Shown: positions 20,213-30,851, numbered from the stretch's first letter. The stretch is 64,000 nt of DNA from an uncultured bacterium (GCA_965552055.1 CBEVQO010000001.1:128001-192000); one strand, 5' to 3'. The notes: generated from the sequence alone by a model not told the origin. Numbers and translations are program-made.

Positions 20213-21171
20213 ATTATAAATTTAAAAATTTACCGCTAAAAATCGAAATGATTAAATACCGGCAATTGAGAGAAAAGATTATCGATTATTATTCTAAAAA
20301 AGATTGGGTATATGCTATTTACGAATATGGCAAAATACGAAATCCCGGAATATCCGATTTAGATATCCTTATTGTTACATACGAGAAAATACGAAAAGAA
20401 GAGATAAAAATATTTGGGGATGAAATTTTGCTTCATCAACCAGCGATTATGAATATTGAAGTATTTAAAAATTTCGGTAAGTTCTTTGATGTCCCCGATT
20501 TAAATTTGCTTTATGGAAAGCAATGTGAAGTCCAAAAATCACCGGAAGAAATAAAGAAAAAGATTGCTCTTGAGTTTTTAATTTATTCTGTTTTTAGAAT
20601 ACTCAATATGAAACATTCAAAAACAATAAAAGTGCGACAATTTTTATGCGAAGTTTTTTCTTTGAAGAGAGATTTTGCAATTTTCAATCTTAAGGATTCT
20701 AAGTTTTTGTCCTTTATTGAGAAAGTTAAAAAATTAAGGGATAATTGGTGGAAGCTGGAAGAGCCGTTAAAAGAGTTAATACAAATTTTTGAAGAGAGTT
20801 TATATATCCTCATGCAGGTTTTAAATTTTATAAGTCGAAAAGAAAATTGGACTGGAATTAAAGAAAAAGAAATAGAATTTGGTTATCCATTTCATATTGT
20901 GAAATTTAAAAATATAAAGCGAATTTATGTGAAACGATCTTTTAGGGATTTTTTTATTTTATATTTACCTCTGTCTTTGTTAAATTACTTTGAATTGAAA
21001 GGAAAAATAGCGAAAAATTTTAAGCAGATAGTAAATGATTATAAATCATGGCTTATTGTGAATGATATCACTCAATTTGGTTTTCTACCGCCTTCGCTTC
21101 GTTTTTACGGTTTGAAGCATAAATTTATAAGAATTTTGCGAAAAGCGGTGCAAGTACCAGAGATATTATAG
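20206..21171 (+). CDS. Putative nucleotidyltransferase-fold protein
   Basis: AIYEYGKIRNPGISDLDILIV (G-x-PGISDxD). Confidence 0.55.
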   Translation: MLNYKFKNLPLKIEMIKYRQLREKIIDYYSKKDWVYAIYEYGKIRNPGISDLDILIVTYEKIRKEEIKIFGDEILLHQPAIMNIEVFKNFGKFFDVPDLNLLYGKQCEVQKSPEEIKKKIALEFLIYSVFRILNMKHSKTIKVRQFLCEVFSLKRDFAIFNLKDSKFLSFIEKVKKLRDNWWKLEEPLKELIQIFEESLYILMQVLNFISRKENWTGIKEKEIEFGYPFHIVKFKNIKRIYVKRSFRDFFILYLPLSLLNYFELKGKIAKNFKQIVNDYKSWLIVNDITQFGFLPPSLRFYGLKHKFIRILRKAVQVPEIL

Positions 21172-23119
21172 ACATCAATTTTATTAAAATATTTAATGAA
21201 GGTCCCATTGCGTCTTTCAGAGGGTCGCCGAAAGTATCGCCTATTACCGCGGATTTGTGAGCTTCTGTTCCTTTACCTCCGAAATGCCCTTCTTCTATGT
21301 ATTTTTTGGCATTGTCAAGAGCAGCTCCTGTATTCGCCGTTTGAATACCAAGTTGCAGACCGGTTACAAGAGCTCCCATAAGAAGACCTGCCACAGATGA
21401 TGGACCCAGCAATAAACCTATTGCTACGGGCATCACAATTGCTATTACACCGGGCAATATCATACGCTTTAAAGCATTACGGGCGATTATATCAACACAG
21501 GTTTTATAATCGGGCAAAGCTTTTCCTTCAAATAGACCCGGGATTTCTCTGAATTGCCTTCTTACTTCGTCAATAACCTTAAATGCAACTTTACTCACAC
21601 CTGAACCTACAAGAGAGGAGAATAAAAATGGTATCATACCGCCCACAATTAAACCACAAATCAAAGCTGGGTCTGTTAACGATAATTTGAAATCAGGTGA
21701 ATATTTCTTCATGGTGCTTATATATGCACTGATTAATCCAAGTGCTGCAAAGGCAGCTGAACCGATTGCGAATCCTTTTCCTATAGCTGCTGTTGTATTG
21801 CCAACGGCATCAAGTTTATCTGTTGTAGCCCGCACTTCCGGAGGTAAGCCAGCCATCTCTGCGATACCACCTGCGTTATCAGCAACAGGTCCGTAAGAGT
21901 CAACAGCAAGGGTTATACCAAGAATTGATAACATACCAAAAGACGCAAGTGCTACACCATACATCCCTATTAATTTATAAGAAATAAATACAGCTGCAAC
22001 TATTGTTATTACGGGTAGCAAAGTGCTTCCCATTCCAAGTGCCATACCCTGCACGATTGTAACAGCAGGTCCGCTTTGGGCATAAGACGCAAGATTACGG
22101 GTTGGTTTGTATTTATTAGATGTGTAAAATTCACTAACCCAGCCAATAACCAGTCCCGCAATTAATCCGCTTATTAAAGGAATAAAACCTTTTAAGCCAA
22201 AACCAAGTTTCTTTGTGATAAAATAACCGCTGATTATCATTAAAATTGATGCTACATATACTCCCAGATTTAAATTGTTTTGTGGGTCCTGCAGAGGTGC
22301 GAGTTTTACAATGATACATCCTATTATTGAGGCTATAAGCCCGGCAGCTGCCAGATAAAAGGGCAAGGAAATGCCTTTTTCACCGAGTATCCCAGCTGTT
22401 GCAGATATTGCAACTGTTGCTATTATCGATTCAACATAGGATTCCAGAAGGTCTGCTCCAAGTCCTGCTACATCGCCCACATTATCTCCGACATTATCTG
22501 CGATGACAGCGGGGTTTCTTGGGTCATCTTCGGGGATGCCTTTTTCGACTTTGCCAACGAGGTCTGCTCCCATATCTGCTGCTTTCGTGAATGTTCCGCC
22601 GCCAACACGGGCAAAAAGAGCAACAAGAGAAGCTCCCATGGCATAACCATTTACTGCGGTGATTTCGCCTTTAAAAATTATCCAAACAAGAGCAAGTCCA
22701 AGAAGAGCGATTCCACAGATGGATAAACCTGTGCTACTTCCACCTGTAAAGGATATAGAAAGAGCACGCTTGAGTCCATGGCGCGCCGCTTCAGCTGTGC
22801 GCGCATTCGAGCGTGTAGATATAAACATTGAAATAAAGGAAGCAAGAGTAGACGCACATGCACCTATTACAAAAGCAATGGCTGTTTTCCAGTTTACTTC
22901 TGTCCATCTTCCGATAAGCGTGAATACACATGCGATTATTGCAACGATTAATGCTATAACCGTAAATTCTCTGCGCAGGAATGTATTTGCTCCTTCCTGT
23001 ATTGCACGAGATAGCATTTGCATTTTTTCTGTCCCCTTTGGATATCTAAAAGCAGTTATTGTGAAAATTACTACAGTAACCAACGCCAATAATGCCGATA
23101 TTACAATTGCTTTTATCAT
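21125..23119 (-). CDS. hppA: Membrane-bound pyrophosphatase (K+-dependent, probably Na+-translocating)
   Basis: GGGTFTKAADMGADLVGK, EDDPRNPAVIADNVGDNVGD, GNTTAA (Ala = K+-dependent type), GDTFGDPLKD. Confidence 0.95.
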   Translation of the reverse strand: MIKAIVISALLALVTVVIFTITAFRYPKGTEKMQMLSRAIQEGANTFLRREFTVIALIVAIIACVFTLIGRWTEVNWKTAIAFVIGACASTLASFISMFISTRSNARTAEAARHGLKRALSISFTGGSSTGLSICGIALLGLALVWIIFKGEITAVNGYAMGASLVALFARVGGGTFTKAADMGADLVGKVEKGIPEDDPRNPAVIADNVGDNVGDVAGLGADLLESYVESIIATVAISATAGILGEKGISLPFYLAAAGLIASIIGCIIVKLAPLQDPQNNLNLGVYVASILMIISGYFITKKLGFGLKGFIPLISGLIAGLVIGWVSEFYTSNKYKPTRNLASYAQSGPAVTIVQGMALGMGSTLLPVITIVAAVFISYKLIGMYGVALASFGMLSILGITLAVDSYGPVADNAGGIAEMAGLPPEVRATTDKLDAVGNTTAAIGKGFAIGSAAFAALGLISAYISTMKKYSPDFKLSLTDPALICGLIVGGMIPFLFSSLVGSGVSKVAFKVIDEVRRQFREIPGLFEGKALPDYKTCVDIIARNALKRMILPGVIAIVMPVAIGLLLGPSSVAGLLMGALVTGLQLGIQTANTGAALDNAKKYIEEGHFGGKGTEAHKSAVIGDTFGDPLKDAMGPSLNILIKLMSIISLVLAPLFAKFL

Positions 23120-24159
23120 AACTCCCTCCTTATTATAAAATCACTGAATTCACAGAGAAAATCTTTTGCCTCTTTTTTAATCTTTAAATCAATGAGTATT
23201 TTTTTGGCTTTTTGTGCGAATTCTTTAGCTTTCTCTTTACAATAAGAGAGTGCGCCTGTTCTTTTGTAAATTTCTCTCACTTTGTTTATATCTTCTTCTT
23301 TTACTTTTCCTTTTCCGATAGTTTTTCTGAGGAAAGCTTTTTCCTCTTCTGTTGCATTTTGCAATGCATATATTAATAAAAGTGTTTTTTTACCTTCTTT
23401 TATATCGGAATCTGCGGGTTTACCTGTCAATGCAGGATTGCCGAATGTCCCGAGAATATCATCCTGTATTTGAAAAGCTTTTCCCAGTTCTTTACCAAAT
23501 TTCCTGAAACCTGTGATTATTTCTTCTTCTGCATCACCAAGGATTGCACCCATTACAAGCGGTAACTCAACAGTATAACTTGCTGTCTTTAATTCTACCA
23601 TTTTAAAAAATTCTTCTTCTGTTGCTTCTTCTTTCTTTTGCAAAATTATATCCGCAAGTTCGCCAAAAAAACATTTTTCTTTTGCTGTCAGAAGCTCTTT
23701 CAATGCTTTTTCCTTTCTATCAGCTGGAAAATCGCTATCTATGAGTGCTTTTATCCCGAGATTGAATAAAACATCACCTCCTATTATTCCGGCAGATATT
23801 CCAAGGTGCTTATCTATCAGCCTTTCTCCCATTAAAATATGGAAAGAAGGAGCTCCTCTTCTTTTTTCATCTCTATCTATGATATCGTCATGCATTAAAA
23901 CAAATGCTTCGATTAATTCAATTGATAAAGATGCTTTTATTATTTCTTCGTTTTCACCGTTAACTGCCTGATATCCTGTAATAAAAAGAATCGGGCGTAA
24001 TCTTTTGCCACCACGAAGGATAAAATTTTTTAATTCATCTACAAAAAAATTTAAATTCCTGTTAAAAAATTTTTCGGTTTTTAAGTTTTGCGATAAAAAA
24101 ATTAAAAGTTCTTTTTCGATTTTTTCTTTTAAGGATTTAATCTTTTTTTCAAAGTCCAT
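23116..24159 (-). CDS. Polyprenyl diphosphate synthase (trans-prenyltransferase)
   Basis: GGKRLRP, HDDIID..RRG, FQIQDDILG, SDIKEGKKT. Confidence 0.93.
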   Translation of the reverse strand: MDFEKKIKSLKEKIEKELLIFLSQNLKTEKFFNRNLNFFVDELKNFILRGGKRLRPILFITGYQAVNGENEEIIKASLSIELIEAFVLMHDDIIDRDEKRRGAPSFHILMGERLIDKHLGISAGIIGGDVLFNLGIKALIDSDFPADRKEKALKELLTAKEKCFFGELADIILQKKEEATEEEFFKMVELKTASYTVELPLVMGAILGDAEEEIITGFRKFGKELGKAFQIQDDILGTFGNPALTGKPADSDIKEGKKTLLLIYALQNATEEEKAFLRKTIGKGKVKEEDINKVREIYKRTGALSYCKEKAKEFAQKAKKILIDLKIKKEAKDFLCEFSDFIIRREL

Positions 24160-26829
24160 TCAGGCTTTTTTCTTCTTTTCCATCAATACTGCGCGTGCAG
24201 CAGCAAGACGCGCAACAGGCACCCTGTAAGGCGAGCAGCTAACATAATCCATACCAACTTTATGACAGAAATAAATTGAATTTGGTTCGCCTCCGTGTTC
24301 ACCGCAAATTCCTACTTCTAATTTAGGATTTGTTTTCCTTCCCTTCTGAATGCCTATTTTTATAAGCTCTCCTACTCCTTTTTCATCTAAACGCTGGAAG
24401 GGGTCATAAGGCAAAATACCTTTTTCTATGTAATCGGGCAAAATTTTACCTACATCATCTCTTGAAAATCCAAATGTTGTTTGTGTAAGGTCATTTGTCC
24501 CAAACGAGAAGAATTCTGCGTATTTCGCTACCTCATCTGCAGTTAAAGCTGCTCGAGGTAATTCTATCATCGTTCCAACCATATATTTTATCTCAACTCC
24601 GTATTTTATCATGGTTTCCCGGGCAACTTTATCTATTATTTTTCGTTGATGTTCTATTTCTTTTGCCTCCGATGATACAGGAATCATTATTTCGGGAATT
24701 GGATTTTTACCTTCTTTCTTCAGCTCACATGCTGCTTCAAAAATTGCCCTTGCCTGCATCTCAGTGATCTCCGGATAGGTAATACCGAGACGGCAGCCCC
24801 TGTGACCGAGCATCGGGTTTAATTCCTGTAAAGCTTCCACTCGTTCTTTAACTTTTTCATAAGGTTTACCTATATCCTGTGCAAGTTTTCTTATTTGTTC
24901 TTCTTCTTTCGGCAAAAATTCATGCAAAGGTGGGTCAAGTGTTCTTATGATGACCGGGAGACCATCCATTACTTCAAATATTTTCTTAAAATCTTCTTTT
25001 TGCATGGGTAAAAGCTTATCAAGTGCACGCTTGCGTTCCTCAGCGGTATCAGCCAGAATCATCTCTCTCATCGCACTTATTCTATTTTCTCCAAAGAACA
25101 TATGTTCTGTTCTACAAAGTCCTATCCCTTCTGCACCGAACTCACGCGCTATACGAGCCTGCTCAGGAGTATCGGCATTCGCACGCACTCCTAATTTTCT
25201 TATTTTATCAGCATAATTTAAAAGCTCTTTAAATTCGGGAATCGCTGCACCTCTAACTTTGGGCACATCACCAAGTATTACATTGCCAGATGTACCATCA
25301 ATCGTTATTGTATCTCCTTCTTTAACAACATTATCACCCACTTTAAATTCTTTCTTTTCATAGCTTATTGAAATTGATTCACATCCAACGACACATGGTT
25401 TACCCATTGCGCGTGCAACAACAGCAGCATGCGATGTCATACCACCTCTTTGCGTAAGAATACCCTCACAGGCAGCCATACCGGCAATATCTTCAGGAGA
25501 AGTTTCCATTCTTACAAGGATTGTCTTCTCACCTTTTTCTTTGAGTTTTACTGCATCATCGGGATGAAATACAACTTTGCCTGTAGCAGCACCGGGTGAA
25601 GCAGGCAGACCTTTTGCGATAGGCTCATATTTTGCAGATGGATCGAGCATCGGATGAAGTAAAGCATCGATTTGTTCAGGTGTCACACGCTCTACGGCTT
25701 CCTCCTGAGAAATCAGCCCCTCTTTCACCATATCAACAGCTATCTTTACCGCAGCAAGGGGTGTTCTTTTGCCTGCTCTCGTTTGTAAAATGTATAATTT
25801 TTTCCTTTCAATTGTAAATTCAATATCCTGAATATCTCTAAAATGTTTCTCAAGTTTTTCTCTTATTTTTAAAAGTTCATTATAAACCTCTGGCATTTCT
25901 TCTTCAAGTGAAGGTAATTTATCTCCTCTTCTTTCCTTTTGTAATCTGTTTAAAGGTTGGGGAGTTCTTATTCCAGCTACTACATCTTCACCCTGTGCAT
26001 TTCTCAGATATTCTCCATAAAATACATTTTCGCCTGTTGCCGGATCCCTTGTGAAAGCAACACCTGTTCCCGAATCCTCACCCATATTACCGAATACCAT
26101 GGTCTGCACATTTACAGCAGTACCCATATCATCGGGTATCCCATGTAATTTGCGATACTCTATCGCCCTCTTATTGTTCCAGGATTTGAAAACAGCGACT
26201 ATAGCCTGCCATAATTGGTCTTCGGGGTCTTGCGGAAATTCTTTCCCTGTTTTTTGTTTAACAATTTCTTTAAACTTTTTGACAAGATTTTTTAAATCCT
26301 TTGCATCAAGTTCTGTATCGAATTTTACTTTCTTTTTTTGTTTCAATTCATCTATTTCTTTTTCAAACTCCTCATGGGGTATTCCCAAAATTACATTACC
26401 GAACATTTGGATCAATCTTCTATAGCAATCCCATGCGAATCTTTCATTTTGCGTAAGTTTTGCAAGACCTTCAACAGTCCTGTCATTCAATCCAACATTC
26501 AAAATGGTATCCATCATCCCCGGCATGGAAACAGGAGCTCCAGACCTTACAGATACGAGTAATGGATTACCGGGGTTACCAAAACTTTTACCTGTTACTC
26601 TCTCAAGCTCAGCGAGAGCAACCTCTACTTCGGGTTTTAATTTTACGATGAAGTTGATTCCTTCCTTAAAAAATTGTTTGCAGGCTTCCGTCGTTATGGT
26701 GAATCCAGGGGGCACAGGGATACCCATACGCGCCATCTCGTGTAAACCGGCTCCCTTACCCCCAAGCAAATCCCTCAAACCAGCATGCCCCTCTGCATTA
26801 TCCTTTGAAAAGAAATATACATACTTCAT
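24160..26829 (-). CDS. ppdK: Pyruvate, phosphate dikinase
   Basis: LLGGKGAGL, SMPGMMDT, GGMTSHAAVVAR, FSFGTNDLTQ, GICGEHGG. Confidence 0.98.
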   Translation of the reverse strand: MKYVYFFSKDNAEGHAGLRDLLGGKGAGLHEMARMGIPVPPGFTITTEACKQFFKEGINFIVKLKPEVEVALAELERVTGKSFGNPGNPLLVSVRSGAPVSMPGMMDTILNVGLNDRTVEGLAKLTQNERFAWDCYRRLIQMFGNVILGIPHEEFEKEIDELKQKKKVKFDTELDAKDLKNLVKKFKEIVKQKTGKEFPQDPEDQLWQAIVAVFKSWNNKRAIEYRKLHGIPDDMGTAVNVQTMVFGNMGEDSGTGVAFTRDPATGENVFYGEYLRNAQGEDVVAGIRTPQPLNRLQKERRGDKLPSLEEEMPEVYNELLKIREKLEKHFRDIQDIEFTIERKKLYILQTRAGKRTPLAAVKIAVDMVKEGLISQEEAVERVTPEQIDALLHPMLDPSAKYEPIAKGLPASPGAATGKVVFHPDDAVKLKEKGEKTILVRMETSPEDIAGMAACEGILTQRGGMTSHAAVVARAMGKPCVVGCESISISYEKKEFKVGDNVVKEGDTITIDGTSGNVILGDVPKVRGAAIPEFKELLNYADKIRKLGVRANADTPEQARIAREFGAEGIGLCRTEHMFFGENRISAMREMILADTAEERKRALDKLLPMQKEDFKKIFEVMDGLPVIIRTLDPPLHEFLPKEEEQIRKLAQDIGKPYEKVKERVEALQELNPMLGHRGCRLGITYPEITEMQARAIFEAACELKKEGKNPIPEIMIPVSSEAKEIEHQRKIIDKVARETMIKYGVEIKYMVGTMIELPRAALTADEVAKYAEFFSFGTNDLTQTTFGFSRDDVGKILPDYIEKGILPYDPFQRLDEKGVGELIKIGIQKGRKTNPKLEVGICGEHGGEPNSIYFCHKVGMDYVSCSPYRVPVARLAAARAVLMEKKKKA

Positions 26830-27221
26830 ACTGCTTCCTCCTCTTTAACTTCTTTCTTGGGTGTTTGACGCTCGAAGCCAACGAGTTTTATCATAACAAG
26901 TTCAGCATCATCTCCCCTGCGCCTCTTACCAAGCCTTATTATCTGAGTGTAACCACCAGGTCTATCCTTAAATTGGGGCGCTATTTCATCGATCAACTTT
27001 TTGACCATATCCTTAAAAGGAAATCTACGCAATAATAATCTTCTATTCGATAATGTAGGATTTTTTGCTATAGTTATCAATCTTTCCGCAAATGGTCGTA
27101 AAGCTTTTGCCTTCGCTTTTGTAGTTATAATACCATAATAAGTGAATAATGCACGGGCTAAGTTCCTCAACATCGCTTTCCTGTGAGCCGAAGTCCTATG
27201 TAGTTTCCGAACTTTCACCAT
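26826..27221 (-). CDS. rplQ: 50S ribosomal protein L17
   Basis: RKLHRTSAHRKAMLRN, ITTKAKAK, RPGGYT, RRGDDA; start 27221 (or TTG 27230). Confidence 0.96.
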   Translation of the reverse strand: MVKVRKLHRTSAHRKAMLRNLARALFTYYGIITTKAKAKALRPFAERLITIAKNPTLSNRRLLLRRFPFKDMVKKLIDEIAPQFKDRPGGYTQIIRLGKRRRGDDAELVMIKLVGFERQTPKKEVKEEEAV

Positions 27222-28218
27222 GCTGTGCAAGATATTTCTCTTTAACAGATTGAGGTATTTCCATACCAAAACGCAAATTGTAACGCTTTAATAATTCCTG
27301 TAAATCACTTAAAGTTTTCCTTCCCAAATTCTCAATTTGCAAAAGCTCAGATTCTTTTTTTGTCGCAAGGTCAAATAATGTTTTTATGCCTGCTTTCCTC
27401 AGACAGTTTTTAGCACGCTGAGAAACATCAAGGTCATCTATTCTTATTTTCAATGTCTCAAGTAATTTCCTTTCTTCTTCTGTCATCTCCTTTAATCTAA
27501 CATATTCTTTTTCTTCACTTAATTCTCTAAATTTGTTAAAATATTCGAGTAAGTTTATAGCAGCATGTGCAACAGCTTCTTTGGGATTTACTCTACCATC
27601 CGTCCACACTTCCAGGATCAATTTTTCATAATCAGAGCGCTGACCAATTCTTACATTTTCGACTCTGAAATTCGCTTTTGTAACAGGAGAATAAATACCA
27701 TCGATGAAGATAGTATCCACAGGTACAACATCGCCATATTCTGTTTTTAAAAGCTCTACAGGCACATATCCTCTACCCGAAGTTATAAACAATTCCATTT
27801 TTATCGGGTCTTTCCTATCCGTCACGGTCATTATATGTTGCTCTGGATTTGTGATTTCAAAAGTTCCATCACACGGAATATCTCCCGCTTTTATCTCGCC
27901 TTTCTTTTTAATCTCCCATTTTATCCTTTTATCAAGACCCGACAATAATTTTATCTTTACCTGTTTCAAGTTCAAAACAATTTCCGGGATATCTTCGAGC
28001 ACACCTTCTATTGTCGAGAACTCATGTAGCACGCCCTCTATCCTTATTCCCGTAATCGCAGTTGACTGAATAGATGACAAAAGTGCACGCCTCAAGCTGT
28101 TACCTATGGTTGTGCCAAAGCCACGCTCAAGAGGCTCAAAAATAAATCTTCCATAAGTATCTGTTAATTCTTCAATTTTAACCTCTTCCGGAATTTTCAT
28201 CGGTAAAAGTTTAAGCAT
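27196..28218 (-). CDS. rpoA: RNA polymerase alpha subunit
   Basis: EPLERGFGTTIGNSLRRALLSS, VLHEFSTIEGV, CTD NLGRKT. Confidence 0.98.
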   Translation of the reverse strand: MLKLLPMKIPEEVKIEELTDTYGRFIFEPLERGFGTTIGNSLRRALLSSIQSTAITGIRIEGVLHEFSTIEGVLEDIPEIVLNLKQVKIKLLSGLDKRIKWEIKKKGEIKAGDIPCDGTFEITNPEQHIMTVTDRKDPIKMELFITSGRGYVPVELLKTEYGDVVPVDTIFIDGIYSPVTKANFRVENVRIGQRSDYEKLILEVWTDGRVNPKEAVAHAAINLLEYFNKFRELSEEKEYVRLKEMTEEERKLLETLKIRIDDLDVSQRAKNCLRKAGIKTLFDLATKKESELLQIENLGRKTLSDLQELLKRYNLRFGMEIPQSVKEKYLAQHGESSETT

Positions 28219-28226
28219 AACACCTC

Positions 28227-28865
28227 CTACTTGGAGTAGAACTCAACAACAAGTTGCATCCTGAAATCTTTTGGCAAATCATCGGGCTGAGGATAATTTA
28301 AAACCTCACCCCTAAAGTTCTCCTTATCAAGTTTAAGCCATTTTGGCACTTCATTTGCTCTCTTATCAAGCGTTTCCTTTACAATCGGAATGTTTCTGCT
28401 CTTTTCTTTTAATTCAATGACATCACCGGGTTCAACGAGATAAGAAGGAATATCTGTTTTCCTTCCATTTACAAGGATATGCCCATGTGCTACAAGCTGT
28501 CTTGCTGCACGCCTTGAAGGAGCAAATGCCAGCCTGTAAACTACATTATCAAGCCTCCTTTCCAGAAATTGTAAAATCAATTCTCCCGTTACTCCTTTTT
28601 TGCGGGATGCCATCTCATAATATTTTTTCATCTGTGTCTCCGAGACACCGTAAAACCTTTTAACTGCCTGCTTCTCTCTTAAATGCAAAGCATAACCCGT
28701 TACCCTTGTTCTTTTTTTCGGAGGTTCCCCAGGAGGTATATGCTTGCCAAGTGCTTTCCTCCTTTCCAGAGCACATTTATCAGTGTAACATCTTTCCCCT
28801 TTTAAAAAAAGCTTCCTTCCTTCTCTTCTACATAATCTGCAAACAGGTCCGGTATACCTTCCCAT
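28227..28865 (-). CDS. rpsD: 30S ribosomal protein S4 (Zn-binding Cys form)
   Basis: [33 protein letters not shown]. Confidence 0.98.
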   Translation of the reverse strand: MGRYTGPVCRLCRREGRKLFLKGERCYTDKCALERRKALGKHIPPGEPPKKRTRVTGYALHLREKQAVKRFYGVSETQMKKYYEMASRKKGVTGELILQFLERRLDNVVYRLAFAPSRRAARQLVAHGHILVNGRKTDIPSYLVEPGDVIELKEKSRNIPIVKETLDKRANEVPKWLKLDKENFRGEVLNYPQPDDLPKDFRMQLVVEFYSK

Positions 28866-29239
28866 TACACCCTCCTTCTCTTTGGCGGTCTGCAACCATT
28901 ATGGGGAATTGGAGTTACATCCCTTATCTTTGTTATCTCAAGACCAGCTGCTCTTATAGCCTTTACTCCAACATCTCTTCCAGGTCCCGGACCTTTAATC
29001 CAAACTTCCACTTTTTTCATACCAAGTTTTAATGCTTCTTTCGCTGCTTTCGTAGCTGCCATACTCGCTGCCCAAGGAGTGCCTTTTTTCGTGCCCTTAG
29101 CACCTATAGTCCCTCCACTAGCCCAGCAAATGGTATCACCATTCTTGTTCGTTACAGTAACAATCGTGTTATTAAATGTCGTATGAATGTGCACAATACC
29201 TTCTTTTTCCGCTATTTTCTTCTTTTTCTTCCTCGCCAT
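28865..29239 (-). CDS. rpsK: 30S ribosomal protein S11
   Basis: [32 protein letters not shown]. Confidence 0.98.
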   Translation of the reverse strand: MARKKKKKIAEKEGIVHIHTTFNNTIVTVTNKNGDTICWASGGTIGAKGTKKGTPWAASMAATKAAKEALKLGMKKVEVWIKGPGPGRDVGVKAIRAAGLEITKIRDVTPIPHNGCRPPKRRRV

Positions 29240-29246
29240 ACTCTCA

Positions 29247-29273
29247 ATAATAACGATTTTTGTAAATTGTCAA
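29247..29273 (-). promoter_or_regulatory. Promoter of the rpsK-rpoA operon
   Basis: TTGACA(29273-29268)-N15-TATTAT(29252-29247)-7 nt-ATG. Confidence 0.75.
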
Positions 29274-29308
29274 GCTAAAATTTTATAAATTTTTATGAAT
29301 TAAAATGC

Positions 29309-29335
29309 TTGACTTTATGATATTATGTTTAATTA
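29309..29335 (+). promoter_or_regulatory. Promoter of the uxs-nadD operon
   Basis: TTGACT(29309-29314)-N15-TAATTA(29330-29335)-5 nt-ATG 29341; -10 imperfect. Confidence 0.5.
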
Positions 29336-29340
29336 TAGGT

Positions 29341-30282
29341 ATGCAAAAAATTTTAATAACAGGAGGTGCCGGTTTTATAGGTTCACATTTAATTGATTTT
29401 CTTTTACAAAAAAATTTTGAAATAATCTGCATTGATAATTTCATCACGGGGAACAGAGAGAATTTGTCCCATTTAGAAGGGGACTCTCGTGTTAAAATAA
29501 TAGAGCATGATGTAAGAGAGCCTTTTGATTTTTCTGATGAATTATCATGGGTTTTGCATTTTGCATCGCCTGCCAGTCCCAAAGATTATTTAAAATATCC
29601 TATTCTAACTTTGGAAACAGGTTCTATCGGCACAAAGAATATGCTCGAACTTGCTAAGAAAACAGGTGCAAAATTCATGCTGGCATCTACTTCGGAAGTT
29701 TACGGTGACCCCCTTTGCAACCCCCAACCAGAAAGTTATTACGGGAATGTGAATCCCATAGGAAAAAGAAGCGTTTATGATGAAGCGAAAAGATTCTCAG
29801 AAGCGATTACGATGGCATATCACAGGGAATATGGTCTCGATATAAGGATAGTAAGGATTTTCAACACTTATGGTGAAAGAATGCAGATGGACGATGGCAG
29901 AGTGATACCGAACTTTGTCTGCCAGGCATTGAAAAAAGAGCCACTTACAGTTTACGGAGATGGAACACAGACAAGAAGCTTTTGCTACATATCTGACTTA
30001 GTCGAAGGTATCTGGAGAGTTATGAATGTTGAATATCATAAACCTATAAATCTCGGCAATCCGAATGAAATGAGAATAATAGATTTGGCACATTTAGTTT
30101 TAAAATTGACGGGCTCGAGCAGTAAAATCATTTACAAAGAGATAATGGAAGATGACCCGAAGCGTCGCCGTCCAGATATAACCCTCGCTAAAAAATTGTT
30201 GAATTGGGAACCAAAAGTATCACTCGAAGAAGGACTTAAAAGAACAATAGAGTACTTTAGGAGAAAACTGGGAATAAAATGA
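29341..30282 (+). CDS. UDP-glucuronate decarboxylase-family NAD-dependent epimerase/dehydratase
   Basis: ITGGAGFIGSH, ASPASP, STSEVYGDP, YDEAKR, RIFNTYG. Confidence 0.93.
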   Translation: MQKILITGGAGFIGSHLIDFLLQKNFEIICIDNFITGNRENLSHLEGDSRVKIIEHDVREPFDFSDELSWVLHFASPASPKDYLKYPILTLETGSIGTKNMLELAKKTGAKFMLASTSEVYGDPLCNPQPESYYGNVNPIGKRSVYDEAKRFSEAITMAYHREYGLDIRIVRIFNTYGERMQMDDGRVIPNFVCQALKKEPLTVYGDGTQTRSFCYISDLVEGIWRVMNVEYHKPINLGNPNEMRIIDLAHLVLKLTGSSSKIIYKEIMEDDPKRRRPDITLAKKLLNWEPKVSLEEGLKRTIEYFRRKLGIK

Positions 30283-30851
30283 AAATAGGCATTATGGGCG
30301 GGAATTTTGACCCTCCTCACATAGGGCATCTGATTGGTGCGGAATTGGCTCTTGAGAAATTTGCTCTGGATTTTGTGCTTTTTATTCCTTTTAACATCCC
30401 TGTGCATCGTGAAAGCACACAGACACCCGCAGAAAAAAGATTGAAGATGGTAAAACTCGCCATAAAAGGAAATAAGCGTTTTAAAGCTTCGGACATCGAA
30501 ATAAAAAGGGGAGGAAAATCTTACACAATAGATACTGTTAGGGAATTGCAGAAAGTTTATAAAGATGCGGAGTTCTACATAATAATAGGAACGGATCAGG
30601 CAGAAAAATTTGAGGAATGGAAAGAATACGAAGAATTACTGAAAATTTGCAATTTCATAATATTGACACGGGGTAAATATGACGAAGAAAAGATAAAAAA
30701 TATTTTCGGAGAAAAAGCAAATATGTTGAAATTGGAATTAGGAGTGTCTTCTTCTGAAATAAGAAAAAGGGTAAAAGAAGGAAAAACGATAAAATATATG
30801 GTACCTGAAAGTGTTGAGAAATTTATAAGGAGGGAAAAATTATACCTGTAA
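30279..30851 (+). CDS. nadD: Nicotinate-nucleotide adenylyltransferase
   Basis: GGNFDPPHIGH, SYTIDT, IIGTD, VSSSEIR. Confidence 0.95.
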   Translation: MKIGIMGGNFDPPHIGHLIGAELALEKFALDFVLFIPFNIPVHRESTQTPAEKRLKMVKLAIKGNKRFKASDIEIKRGGKSYTIDTVRELQKVYKDAEFYIIIGTDQAEKFEEWKEYEELLKICNFIILTRGKYDEEKIKNIFGEKANMLKLELGVSSSEIRKRVKEGKTIKYMVPESVEKFIRREKLYL

